From Nemertoderma westbladi (taxonomy: Eukaryota; Animalia; Xenacoelomorpha), in assembly GCA_032718475.1 (NCBI GenBank), contig JAUCBJ010001431.1:71350-135349 (forward strand): a stretch of 64,000 nt of DNA. The letters are read 5' to 3'. The translations under genes were made by a program, and so were the position numbers. Each line of letters starts with the position of its first letter. Position 1 is the stretch's first letter. This document shows positions 1 to 11,906 of this stretch, in pieces. Under the pieces are notes generated by a model, which saw only the letters and a list, made by a program, of their open reading frames with translations, was not told where the DNA came from and did not search any database.

Positions 1-64
1 AATTTATTATCAGACAGAACAAAAAGCTTTTACTTGACTCGTACTGTCTCCTACGACTTGCTTC

Positions 65-88
65 ACGGGCCGCTAGGCCCGTTTCTAG
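65..88 (+). mobile_element. Possible Helitron 3' terminus
   Basis: GC-rich hairpin ACGGGCC-GCTA-GGCCCGT (65-82) followed by CTAG|T. The spacer is shorter than canonical. Confidence 0.35.
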
Positions 89-779
89 TGTGTTGTAGGT
101 ACACCCACCCCCCTCAAAATTTTTTATTATACCACATTTTTGCCAACTTTTTGGAAATATGTCATATAGGCCTATTTAATAATTTATATAATAAAATAGA
201 GTCAATTTTTAAAAAACTTTCAAATTATATTTTTCATTAGTGATGTTGTATTCGATATCAAGGTAATTATATTTTGTAGATCATTATATTTTCTATAGCT
301 AAGATTTATGATGATTACATGTTGTATAAATGACTGATTTGAGTTTAGAGGAATTAATAAGTCTTATACAGTATAAGTATTCTATGTAATTAATTTTCTG
401 AATATATGACCTCAATACAGTGAAATCCTAATTAGATGAAACAAATTCTACAAAAATTTAAAAAAATATATTTTTTATATTTTTTAAAAATATTCTTGAA
501 CAAAAATTATTTGTTCTAGAACTTTTATATTTTAGTTCTAATTAGCGAAGATGTTTTAGAACATTATTCAAAACTAAAAATAGTACATTAATATTTTTAT
601 TATTTTTTTAAAATTGTTCTATACTTGTTCTAGAACATTTATTAATTTTTTATAAATTAGATAACATGTTCTGGAACATGTTCATAAAAAGAAATAGCCT
701 AAACTAGCTAGTAAAATTTATTTTTTATTTTATTTTTTTTTTTTTGGGGGGGGGGGGGGGCAGTTCACCTGTAACACAC
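88..779. mobile_element. Degenerate TA-flanked non-autonomous TIR element (MITE-like)
   Basis: Imperfect terminal inverted repeats GTGTGTTGTAGGTACACCC / CAGTTCACCTGTAACACAC, TA on both sides (86-87, 780-781), AT-rich interior. Confidence 0.35.
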
Positions 780-1728
780 TAGTACCTATATTTTTATGAG
801 GGAGGGGGGGGGGGGGGGGGGTAAACCATAATGGTCCAAAATTTATTATTTTTATATGATTAAATGGTGTTTCCAAATTAGGGAGACCTATTGAAATTAT
901 TATTACTATGTTATGCAAGAAATTTCAGCCAGGGGCATATCCTTGGAGATCTGTGGATTGTACTACTGTAGGCCTAAATCGAACCTTAAGTTCGTATTCT
1001 AGACGATTTCCAAATCCTGGACCGCGCTTTCACTGGTGTCCTCGCCTTCCATTAACTTTCGGGTATTCGAGCACACCATGCTTAGAGTGAATGCTTTTAT
1101 GTCAAAGTTTACTGTCAAAATTTGGTCTTCTGGGAGTTAACAAAAACACATACACGAGTAGCATCCTGCTTCCTTTTGTGTAAGGTGCTTGCTTGGCTGG
1201 ATTTCCTCGACCTGTGGAACCAGTGGAGTAGGTGGTGTTACCATCACCCCAACATCATTATGATTATCTAATGGCATACGTAGGACATAGTTAACCTCAA
1301 CTATAAATGAACAGTATCACACTGGTGGTGGACCCTTAAAATTGAGTGCGGGGTCACGTAGTCGACCAGTGGGGTGCCATTTCACATCCCGGGCGTAAGG
1401 TCACATTTACATAAATAATAATAAAATATAATAAATGTGATGCCTTTGAATAGTCACATAATATTTACTTATTTACTACATACATACAGTAGTTATGTGT
1501 ATGTAGATACCGGTTTGACTTAAACTTTCTGTTCCGCGTAGAGTCTTAGAGTACAACCCCAATGAAATTTTGGCGCTTTATAAATAATTAAATATTATTT
1601 ATATTATTACTACCATAGACGCATAGGGAACTCTAGCCCGAATAACACACCACCCACCCCATTGTCAATAGGGTTAAGCCAAATATAACTTTCCTGAATA
1701 TTACGTTTCTTTCGCGTTTATTATTGTT

Positions 1729-2640
1729 ATGGCAACGGATACATCATCTATTGGTAGTGATGAAGTCTTCTTTGATATTCATAAATGTAATGAACACTTT
1801 TGTCCTCCGGAAATACCCAAACCTGGTACCAAAGTCAACAGATTCCGAGCCCTCGACATGGCGTGGAATAGGCCACCTAAATGGAGACCCTCGATGTTCA
1901 AAAGGAACTTCGATTATGAAGTAAATCCAAATCCTCCAGAAGAAGAGAAAAGTTCGATAGACATTAAAAGTTATTCAGATACGAAAACGAATAAAGACAA
2001 GAAAAGGGTTGATAGACGAAGGTTAATCGGGAATATTTTGAGACGAAAACGGCGAGTAATTATTGGAATTCTTATAGGCCTATTAGCCGCGGGGATATTT
2101 GGTGTAATAACTTGGTTAATTTGGAAAGAACTTCGACCCAGTATTGTAAACGCTATTCCTATAAACTCAACTATTACTAATTTTTCTTCAACTTCCACCA
2201 CCGAACAGCCCTCACCACCCCAACCGTACAATACCACCAGTGTCCCTATAGATCTAACAGAAATTGAAAACGCCACTGAATGGAATGTGATATCATCATC
2301 ACCCCCACCCACCACTACAGCACCTCCACCAACCACTACAACCCCCCCACCCACCACTACAACCCCCCCACCCACCACAACTACCAAGGCAGTATTCCCA
2401 TGTCCCGGTAATTCCGTTTCTAATAAACCTGTTTCTTTTTTCAACAACAACGTGATCTGCGGCGATGGTGATCTTATAATACAGTTTCGAGATAAGTCAT
2501 CTTCCACTGATTTCAATAAAGATTGGGCGTCTTATGAAAAAGGTTTTGGTGACATGGAAGAAAATGGTTACTGGCTCGGGTTAGAAACAATTCATCTAAT
2601 AACAACGCAATGGGAATGTGATCTACAGATTGAATTAATG
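1729..2640 (+). CDS. Type II transmembrane fibrinogen-related (FReD) protein, exon 1
   Basis: Basic stretch RRKRR, then hydrophobic TM (VIIGILIGLLAAGIFGVITWLIW), a Pro/Thr mucin-like stalk, and FReD motifs IQFR..DFNKDWASYEKGFG..YWLGLETIHLIT..LQIEL. GT donor at 2641 after exactly 304 codons. Confidence 0.85.
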
Positions 2641-2830
2641 GTATTACTCCCACCCCCCTCCCTCCCCCATTTATACAAAAAAACCTTTCGATTTTCACAC
2701 CTAAAATTCAAATGTATTTATAATTTTATAAAATACTAGATATTAATAGAGGCTCCAGCCTATGATCCCGTAGGATTTGTATATATATTGACTGAGCCAC
2801 CCTACATGGATGTTTAGTACAGATAATCTA

Positions 2831-3988
2831 GGATGATTCTAAATTAGGAAAACACTAGTAAAACAGTAAAACACTAGGAAAACATAGGAAAAGTACTGTA
2901 AAACACACGGAAAACAGTGAAAATATTGATCAGCAGGGAATTTAACACATGTACTTCTCTGAATTGACAATCCTAAATGTACTCCTCGCATAGCACCCCT
3001 TAAGTAATCATCGTAAAACATAGGGAAAACACTATAAAACTACTATAAACCTTCCGGAAAACAGTGAAAAAATTGATCAGCATTAAATTTTACCTATATG
3101 CTGCAAAAAAATAAATTGAAAGAGTCTAATACTGCCCAGAAAGCTTGTTGCCAGGCAACCAAAGAACTGTAACCAATCAGCATATGGTGCAGTATCAGTA
3201 CAGCAGTACTATCCTTGTTTTACCGGTCAGTTGGTAGAGGCGCAAAGTACCAGTATTGCTGTATTCTGGTAGGCCTATTACCTGATTACAGATTACAGTA
3301 TTAGTGCTGTAGTGCAGTAGTGTAATGCTGTTATGTAATGCTTTAATGTCCCATGGCTATGGCACTATCTCTGTAACCAGGTTGCCAGGCTGTCTTAATA
3401 CTGTAATGCTTACCGGTACTACTCAGCTACTAAATATAGAAATATTTACAGCTTTAACTAACCCTAACAATACTGCAATATCTGAATACTGGAATACACT
3501 ACTGCACTACAGCACTAATACTGTAATCTGTAATCAGGTAATAGGCCTACCAGAATACAGCAATACTGGTACTTTGCACCTCTACCGACTGACCGGTAAA
3601 ACAAGGATAGTACTGCTGTACTGATACTGCACCGTATGCTGATTGGTTACAGTTCTTTGGTTGCCTGGCAACAAGCTTTCTGGGCAGTATTAGACTCTTT
3701 CAATTTATTTTTTTGCAGCATATAGGTAAAATTTAATGCTGATCAATTTTTTCACTGTTTTCCGGAAGGTTTATAGTGTTTTTATAGTGTTTTCCCTATG
3801 TTTTACGGTGATTACTTAAGGGGTGCTATGCGAGGAGTACATTTAGGATTGTCAATTCAGAGAAGTACATGTGTTAAATTTCCTGCTGATCAATATTTTC
3901 ACTGTTTTCCGGGTGTTTTACAGTACTTTTCTTATGTTTTCCTAGTGTTTTACCGTTTTACTAGTGTTTTCCTAATTTAGAACTATCC
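2831..3988. mobile_element. Foldback/MULE-like non-autonomous element
   Basis: Near-perfect ~490-bp inverted arms (2831-3323 / 3496-3988) and an exact 9-bp TSD GATAATCTA (2822-2830, 3989-3997). Confidence 0.85.
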
Positions 3989-4582
3989 GATAATCTAATA
4001 GGACAATCTAATAAATTTGGGTAGAATTCACCAAATGGTTGCGCTCGTTTTTCAGGGGGTATTAAACATGGCAACGGATAAAATTGCCATAGCAACAGCT
4101 CTTATAGTAGATATGACGAGTTAAAAGTGAAAACGACCTTCAAAGTTAGCAGTATTGACAATTTCCTTAGCAACGGGCTTAATGCATTTGTAGTGGTCTT
4201 AGCTTTATCGGATCAGAGTCTACCACCAATATATCAAGTCTTAGGAACAATATGCACTACTTGATTGCTTGCTGTTGCCATGGCAACGGGTAACTTTGGC
4301 TAGAAACGGGCTATATATTAGCCGTAGCGTCATTAAATCAACCTCCACCCCCATTATATCGAGTATAAGGAAAAATATGGAATATGTTTCAGTTTCTAGA
4401 TGCCATGGCAACTTGTTAACAAAGTGTTTTCCAAATCACTTCGCTGTTTTGTTTGACAACATAAAAGAGCGAATTTTGAAAGATAAGTGAGGTTTACATG
4501 ATACGTATAATTAGAGATATTACATTTGTCGTCACTTTATGCCCAATGCCATTCTTAAATAAATGAAATTACATTGTGTTAA

Positions 4583-6058
4583 CCCTATTAAACCCGGGGG
4601 GGGGGGTCAATATGACCCTTCTCCGTGGTTTTTATATTATAATTCGGAAACAAACGCAGTTGGGAGTCTGAAATTTTATGACTTTTCCTAAAAATCTATT
4701 GTCTCCCTAGTAGTCAAAACCGTTTTCAAAAATATTGTTTAGTTTTCGAGTTATAGCACCATTTTTTAACTCTACTTTGGCACTTTTTTGAGACGTTTTT
4801 TGAAAATTACATTTCATTAAATATGATTTGTAACATCTCTATTTTTGATTTACACTATTTTTGATTCAAACTTGTTTTTTACGCAATTGGGGTTTTTTGG
4901 GGTTCTGGTTTCGATGGAATATATGCGAGTTGCATCAAGCGTATCAAACTTGTATTTTTTTGTGCTGTGTGAAAATTTTGGTGCTAGCCCGAAATTTTGA
5001 AAATCCATTCAATAGATAAAATTGCTTGTGACAATTTATTTCTTGCGTATTAGAGGTTTATGGCTGTTCTGAATTCAATGGAATATATAATTATCGAACT
5101 AGACATCTCAAACTTGTATTTTTCGGAAGTGGGTGCAAAATGTGGTGCTAGCACCAAATTTTGAAAACCATCAAATATATCAATTGATTGTGTCACCTTG
5201 TTTCTTGCGTTATACGGGTTTGTGAGGGTTCTGAATTCAATGGAATCAGTAAAAATTTCATAAGAGTTTTCAAACTTGTATTTTTCGCCGGTGGGTGAAA
5301 ATTGTTATGCCAGCACCAAATTTTTGAAAATAAGCAAATTGATCAGAAGATAGTATCATCTTGTTTCTTGCGTTATACGGGTGTATGAAGGGTCCCCTGA
5401 ATCCGATGGAATCAATAAAAACTGCACTGGACATCGCAAACTTGTACTTTGTGGTGATGGGTAAGAAATTTGGTGCTAGCACCAAAATTTGCCCAATTAC
5501 GCCAATAATACCAATACAAGTAGCAATGATCTGGCTTATTAGAAATGTATTCTATTAAAATCCACGCCCTAGAAAACCTGAAAATGTGAATTTATAGCAT
5601 CGTATAAGTGAATTAAAAATTTTGTGTTCTAACTGAAAAGTGCTGTTTACTTGTTTTTTTCGTTTTTTTCCTATGCAGAGAGGACTAAACAGCCATTTAC
5701 AGTAATTATATAATTTTTAAATATTTTCCAATGTATTTTGCGCCCCAGAAAACCTGTAATGAAAAACAATTAGCCGAAAAATGTAACTTTCAAATTTTGT
5801 GAAAATTGTGCACTACTTGTAATTTTGGTGCTGCAATATAGCCACCCCAGTACATTTTTTCGAAATTTTTTTTTTCGGTCGGATCCAGAATAGTGATACC
5901 TATGTACAAACAAAAAGTTTTCGTAAAGATGTGTAGATTTTAGGGGGGGGGGGGGGGGGGCTTTTTGCTACTCTCTATCCATGATCCTAGGTACTGGAAG
6001 TCGCTTTGGAGACCCTTTCATTGTAGCGAGTGTTTAAAGACGGCCAAGTACGATAGGG
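4583..6058. mobile_element. Possible piggyBac-like non-autonomous element
   Basis: TTAA|CCCTAT ... ATAGGG|TTGA ends, with internal degenerate repeats (CAAACTTGTATTTTT, GGTGCTAGCACCAAA). Confidence 0.35.
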
Positions 6059-6166
6059 TTGAGCACAGCGGCAGTATATGATAGTATTGACAGATGGGAG
6101 GCCATGATGACGTAATTTGCGGACATACAAGGTATCAGGTAGTATTTCTAGGTCTATATTTTACCT

Positions 6167-6290
6167 GAGCCGCTAGCTGAATGGATAGAGCGTCAGACTT
6201 CCAACCCGGAGGTCACCAGTTCGATCCCACTTGGACGTCATTGCCGACTTTGCAAAAGCTGTGCCCAACAAAAAGTTATAATAATATAAA
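6167..6290 (+). mobile_element. tRNA-derived SINE head or tRNA pseudogene (Arg-like)
   Basis: Pol III A box TAGCTGAATGG and B box GTTCGATCC at tRNA spacing. AATGGATAGAGCGTCAGACTTC resembles tRNA-Arg; acceptor and anticodon stems pair poorly. Confidence 0.6.
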
Positions 6291-7081
6291 ACCACTCTTT
6301 CTATTAGTTTACTATTTATTACTATTTCAAGGGAGGCTAATCCGCAGTAATCCGACAATCAAGTAGTGCACATTGTTCCTTAGACTTGATATATTGGTGG
6401 TAGACTCTGATCCTATAACGCTACGACCACTATAAATGCATTACGCCGTTTAAAGCCCGTTGCTAAGGACATTGTCAATACTGCCAACTTTGAAGGTCGT
6501 TTTCACTTGTTGCTATGGTATTTTAAAAAAAAACTAAATATGCCATTAAATTCTTCATAACCAAAATAGTAATCTTTCATAAATTTTAACTCGTCATATC
6601 TACTATAAGAGCTGTTGCTCTTGCTATTGCTATTACTATTGCAATTTTCTCCGTGTTTAATACCCCCTAAAAAACGAGCGCAACCATTTGGTCTACCCAA
6701 GTTTTTTACAATGTCCCATATCTGTACTAAACATCTATGTGGGGTAGCTGAGTCATATATGAAATTCCTGCGGGGTCATAGGCCGGAGCCTGTGTTATAT
6801 CATAAAAATCGTAACGCAAATCGATCGCAAGTGAAAAAATATTAATTTATTGTTTTGGTTAGAAAACATAGTCACTGTAACCGCCCACTTTCCCTTATTG
6901 TTTAATATTTCAAACCCTCTACACACATACTATAGTTGGTTTTTGTGGTCATTAAAAATTTTACTATTATATTATTATTATTAATTTTATTTTACATTAT
7001 TAAAAAAAAGCAAGAAAAACAGAAAACAGATAAATAACGGGGGAGGGCAGCAGGCTAAGTAATACCGAATTAACAATTAAG

Positions 7082-7426
7082 GTTGAGGGTCAAACATATG
7101 TCGCATTATATAAGAATGTAAGGATAGGGTCAGAAGAAACGAATTACAAGTTTAGTTATGGAGAATTTGAACGTTTGAATCTCTTGGGAAATAAAATGGA
7201 CGCAGCTAATGGGTCGCAGTTCTCTACTAAAGATAAAGATCATGATGATTCCGACGACACCTCGTTGGCCTCAGATCGTTCTGGCGGTTGGTGGCATACC
7301 GTGAAGTCTCAGACGAACCTCAACGGGGAATATCAGTCTACTGATAATAGGAGGGGAGTCTTTTGGGGCAATGCTTTTGACAATTTTATTGAAGGGTCTA
7401 AGATAAAAATCGTTAACTGCAATTAA
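7082..7426 (+). CDS. Fibrinogen-related protein, exon 2 (joined product about 418 aa)
   Basis: AG at 7080-7081, phase 0 matches exon 1. Reads VEGQTYVALYKNVRIGSEETNYKF..FSTKDKDHD..GGWW..NLNGEY..GVFW, the FReD C-terminal half. Confidence 0.85.
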   Translation, partial: VEGQTYVALYKNVRIGSEETNYKFSYGEFERLNLLGNKMDAANGSQFSTKDKDHDDSDDTSLASDRSGGWWHTVKSQTNLNGEYQSTDNRRGVFWGNAFDNFIEGSKIKIVNCN

Positions 7427-7794
7427 CAATTAACATCCGTCTAAACCTTACGATTGCTTTGAATAATGTTTATTAACGTAACTTTTATTATTAGCTTGTT
7501 ATTTATTTATTGTCATTATAACATTTTATTGTAAAGTTGAGCAGAAAGAAACCATAAATAAGATCGCAAGCTGGCTTTAAGTGTATTTATAAAGGACATC
7601 GTCCGTCTCCCAACTAAATTCAATTTTGTCTGTCTGTCTGAAATTGGTTTTCGGAAATCTAAGTAAAAAAGGGAAAGACAGGTCCAGGTGTGATCCACCA
7701 GGATCCACCTAATCTAATTACTGTATAAACGGAAACGCTAGGTAAGCCTATATTCCACTACAGTACTGGATCATTGATAAAATATATATAATAT

Positions 7795-7864
7795 ATAAGG
7801 TTCATATTATTATATCATATATTCATATTATATGGTTCATTTTTGATAGGAGGCTGGTTTCTAT
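7795..7864. repeat. Dispersed ~70-bp repeat, second copy at about 20636-20704
   Basis: AAGGTTCATATTATTATATCATATATTCATATTATATGGTTCATTTTTGAT(A/C)GGAGGCTGGTTTCTA occurs at both sites. Confidence 0.8.
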
Positions 7865-8465
7865 TTGGTTATAGGTATTATTACAGTAGTAAAAGTAAAA
7901 AAAAAAAGAATCGGTTTCCATCTGTGGGTTTCATAGAATAATATTCAAATAGATTTAATAGATTTAATAGATGCATCCTTCTGATTCTCCCGTGCTGACA
8001 GTTGTTCACAGCTACAGTTTATGTCTTCAAAGAATTCGACAGTTCAACAGGCACTAGTGCGTGGTCAGACGCCTTCTGAGATCGATCCTACGAAACCAGT
8101 GTAAACCAAACAGAGATCAAGCTCAGAAGCCCATTGCGGTATGTTAGGAATTACCTTTCACCACTTCAACTACCATCCGGCCATTCGAGTTAATTGTCTC
8201 GTCTTTAGGTTTCATATATCCAAACTGTGTTGGCCACTCGCGATCAGACAGATCCACCACGCGGCTGTTAAACAATAGGCCACTAGTGGCCCGTTGTTTG
8301 GCGATTTGGTCATACTAAATGCCGCATCATTTAATTAAATATAAAAAATTAAGTTGCTATGTAACTGAACTAAGACCAACACTCTAGAATTCATTATCTA
8401 GTTTTATCTAATTGTATTTATATTAATGTATTTATACATTATTACAATTATTTATGAAGGCAACG

Positions 8466-8812
8466 GGTACATGGAGTAAAAATTTAATGGCTGTATGGTT
8501 ATCCCCCAAGGCAATTTGACTAGCTAAATATGTTGAAGAGAAGGTAACATATTATTTTATATAATACTGTAACATATCGTAACATACGTGGTTTGGTGGC
8601 ATTACTATGGTATGTAATTGTAAATTTTTGCTTATACATACCATAGTAATGTCTGGTTTGGTTTAGTTTTGGCTTAGGTTTCTATTTGGGTCAGTTTGGT
8701 TAGGTTTGGTTTGTAGTTATGGTGTATAGATTGCAAATCAAGACATATTCTTTAATTTAAATTTCCATTGGAAGCCATTGCTGAGCCATTTTAATATGTA
8801 CTCCATGAACCT
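8466..8812. mobile_element. MITE-like element with central hairpin
   Basis: Outer inverted repeat GGTACATGGAGTA..AATGGCT / AGCCATT..TACTCCATGAACC, and an inner 17-bp perfect stem at 8600-8651. Confidence 0.45.
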
Positions 8813-9098
8813 ATTGTACTGTACTTGTCTCAATGACTGTATTTACAATATGATATTTCTAATTCCATTGGTGCTGGAATTATTCCCTACTCTCATCGCT
8901 ACTAAAAGTACTCAAGTGTTTTTTTTATTAGCTATAATTGATTGAATTAAAAAATGTGTGAGATTGCATGGTAGATGAAGGTCCGCGATTTTTAGTTAGT
9001 AAAATAAGTTGCCGTTGTTTTGTGGGGCGAGCCACGAAGTTGGCGGAGCCTTAGCGAATTGATACTGTTAGGGGGTGGGTCAATTTATGCAAATAGTT

Positions 9099-10202
<1,104 letters not shown>

Positions 10203-10342
10203 AAGCGGAAATTCAAGACGCTGGTCACACTACTAAACGCATTATTTCAACATTCTCAAATATACGCTCCATAAATATTTCACGTTACTATTTTATTGAT
10301 AATCAAGATATAAACCAAGCGGAATTGGAGTGTAAACGTTAA

Positions 10343-10600
10343 GCAGACACCTGGTGCAGACACCTGGTGCAGACACCTGGTGCAGACAACTGGTGCAGAC
10401 ACCTGGTGCAGACACCTGGTGCAGACACCTGGTGCAGACACCTGGTGCAGACACCTGGTGCAGACACCTGGTGCAGACACCTGGTGGGTGCAGACACCTC
10501 GTGCAGACACCTGGTGCAGACACCTGGTGCAGACACCTGGTGCAGACACCTAGTGCAGACACCTGGTGCAGACACCTGGTGCAGACACCTGGTGCAGACA
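10343..10600. repeat. 13-bp minisatellite GCAGACACCTGGT, about 20 copies
   Basis: Directly visible. Confidence 0.97.
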
Positions 10601-11018
10601 GTTAGGCAGACCGGTACTGAAATGAATTACACAATAGCCTACATTCGCAGAAAAGCCTTTCTAGAATTATCACTTATGACTACTTATTTGCGTGCATTTT
10701 TCACTGGGATTGGCTGCGTGCGTGTCTAGCGTCGTCTCTTTGATTACGTTGAACCATTGGCAATATACAGAATGTTTTGATTGGACCTATAGGACTAGGA
10801 ACTTTGCGTGGAAGAATATAATGGTAGAAATCATAACAAATAATACTCATATAACTTATATTTCGGCAGTTCTTTTAAATATGTAAACCTCTACCGGACT
10901 GCTGATTCATATACATTCCTAACATTCCTAACATTCCACACCACATTCCAATAATATCCTAATACAGTAATACTTTCGAATTAGTACTTAAATTAAATTT
11001 AAGTCACGTGCTGCGCGT

Positions 11019-11223
11019 AGGCCCCACTTCGTGTTTAATGTATCCATGTATATGTGGTAATAAAGCCATATATTTATTTATGGTACGGTAATAAAAAATA
11101 AAAAATAGCAATTTATATCATTGTGTGAAAAGTAATACTTTATAGCGTTATGGCCCGGGTGTATTTATTTACAGAGCGAGCGCAGCGAGGGAGGTTTACA
11201 TAAATAAACACGAAGTGGGGCCT
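11019..11223. mobile_element. MITE, about 200 bp
   Basis: TIR AGGCCCCACTTCGTGTTTA / TAAACACGAAGTGGGGCCT. Confidence 0.7.
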
Positions 11224-11906
11224 TAAATAAAATATGTGAAATGAAAATATGTAAAAAATGAAAATATGATTTTTAAAACTACTAGCTATTACAAAAATAC
11301 TAGCCCATTACAATACCCTTGTAAAATACTACCACATTTCCAAAACGTAACTGTTTGATGTAAAACATAATATTGAAAAAATGATATTTAAAATTTTGAA
11401 AAATAGCTATTTTTATTAAAAAGTGTAAAAAAATATTTTTTCTAGAAAAAAGTTTTATTTAGTTAAATAGCTTACTTAGCTTATATTAGAATATAGAATA
11501 TATCTAGAATATATTACTAGTTTTAGTAATATATTCTAGAACATTAAAAAAAAGTAGTGGAATCCTGAAAAGTGAGCATATATACTATACTATAATGCCG
11601 TTAGTTAGAGGCACTACTGGAGGAAGGGCGATCTATACAGACAACACACTTCCTCCTATATGACAATGATAATGGTTAAAACAAAAAATTACACACCCTG
11701 CCCGTATCGGTAGTGTATTTTAAGTATTAATTTTCAGTGACAATAATTACTGCTTACTATTAAACTTACACTATAAAACTATTCTGGAACATCAGTTTCT
11801 ATCACAATTGCTCTCAAAACGGCAGTAACAAGGTTCTTGTTCCTTTGAGCGAAAGTGCAGGTGACTAAGGGCGTCTCCTGGACTAATCATAACTAATCGC
11901 GGGTAA

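Larger units (their letters stand above)
2751..6790. mobile_element. Non-autonomous element with long (~350-440 bp) diverged TIRs
   Basis: 2751-2825 plus ~4000-4267 are the reverse complement of ~6355-6790 (GGCTCCAGCCTATGA / TCATAGGCCGGAGCC; CCAAATGGTTGCGCTCGTTTT; CAGAGTCTACCACCAATAT). Confidence 0.7.
2640..7066. mobile_element. TIR DNA transposon nearly coextensive with the FReD intron (GG termini, 8-bp TSD; Merlin-like by structure)
   Basis: Perfect 9-bp TIR GGTATTACT/AGTAATACC, extended by CCCTCCCCC..ATTTAT / ATAAAT..GGGGGAGGG. Flanked by GAATTAAT (2632-2639) and GAATTAAC (7067-7074). Confidence 0.55.

Noticed and set aside
1971-2516. 181-aa minus-strand Val/Gly ORF
   Set aside because: Antisense of the Pro/Thr stalk codons.
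2641-2739. C-terminal 32 aa of the 336-aa ORF
   Set aside because: Read-through into the intron/transposon; FReD similarity stops at 2640 and resumes at 7082.
6167-6240. Functional tRNA gene
   Set aside because: Acceptor and anticodon stems do not pair properly; better explained as a SINE head or pseudogene.
10280-10729. Repetitive Cys/His-rich ORFs
   Set aside because: Artefacts of the 13-bp minisatellite.
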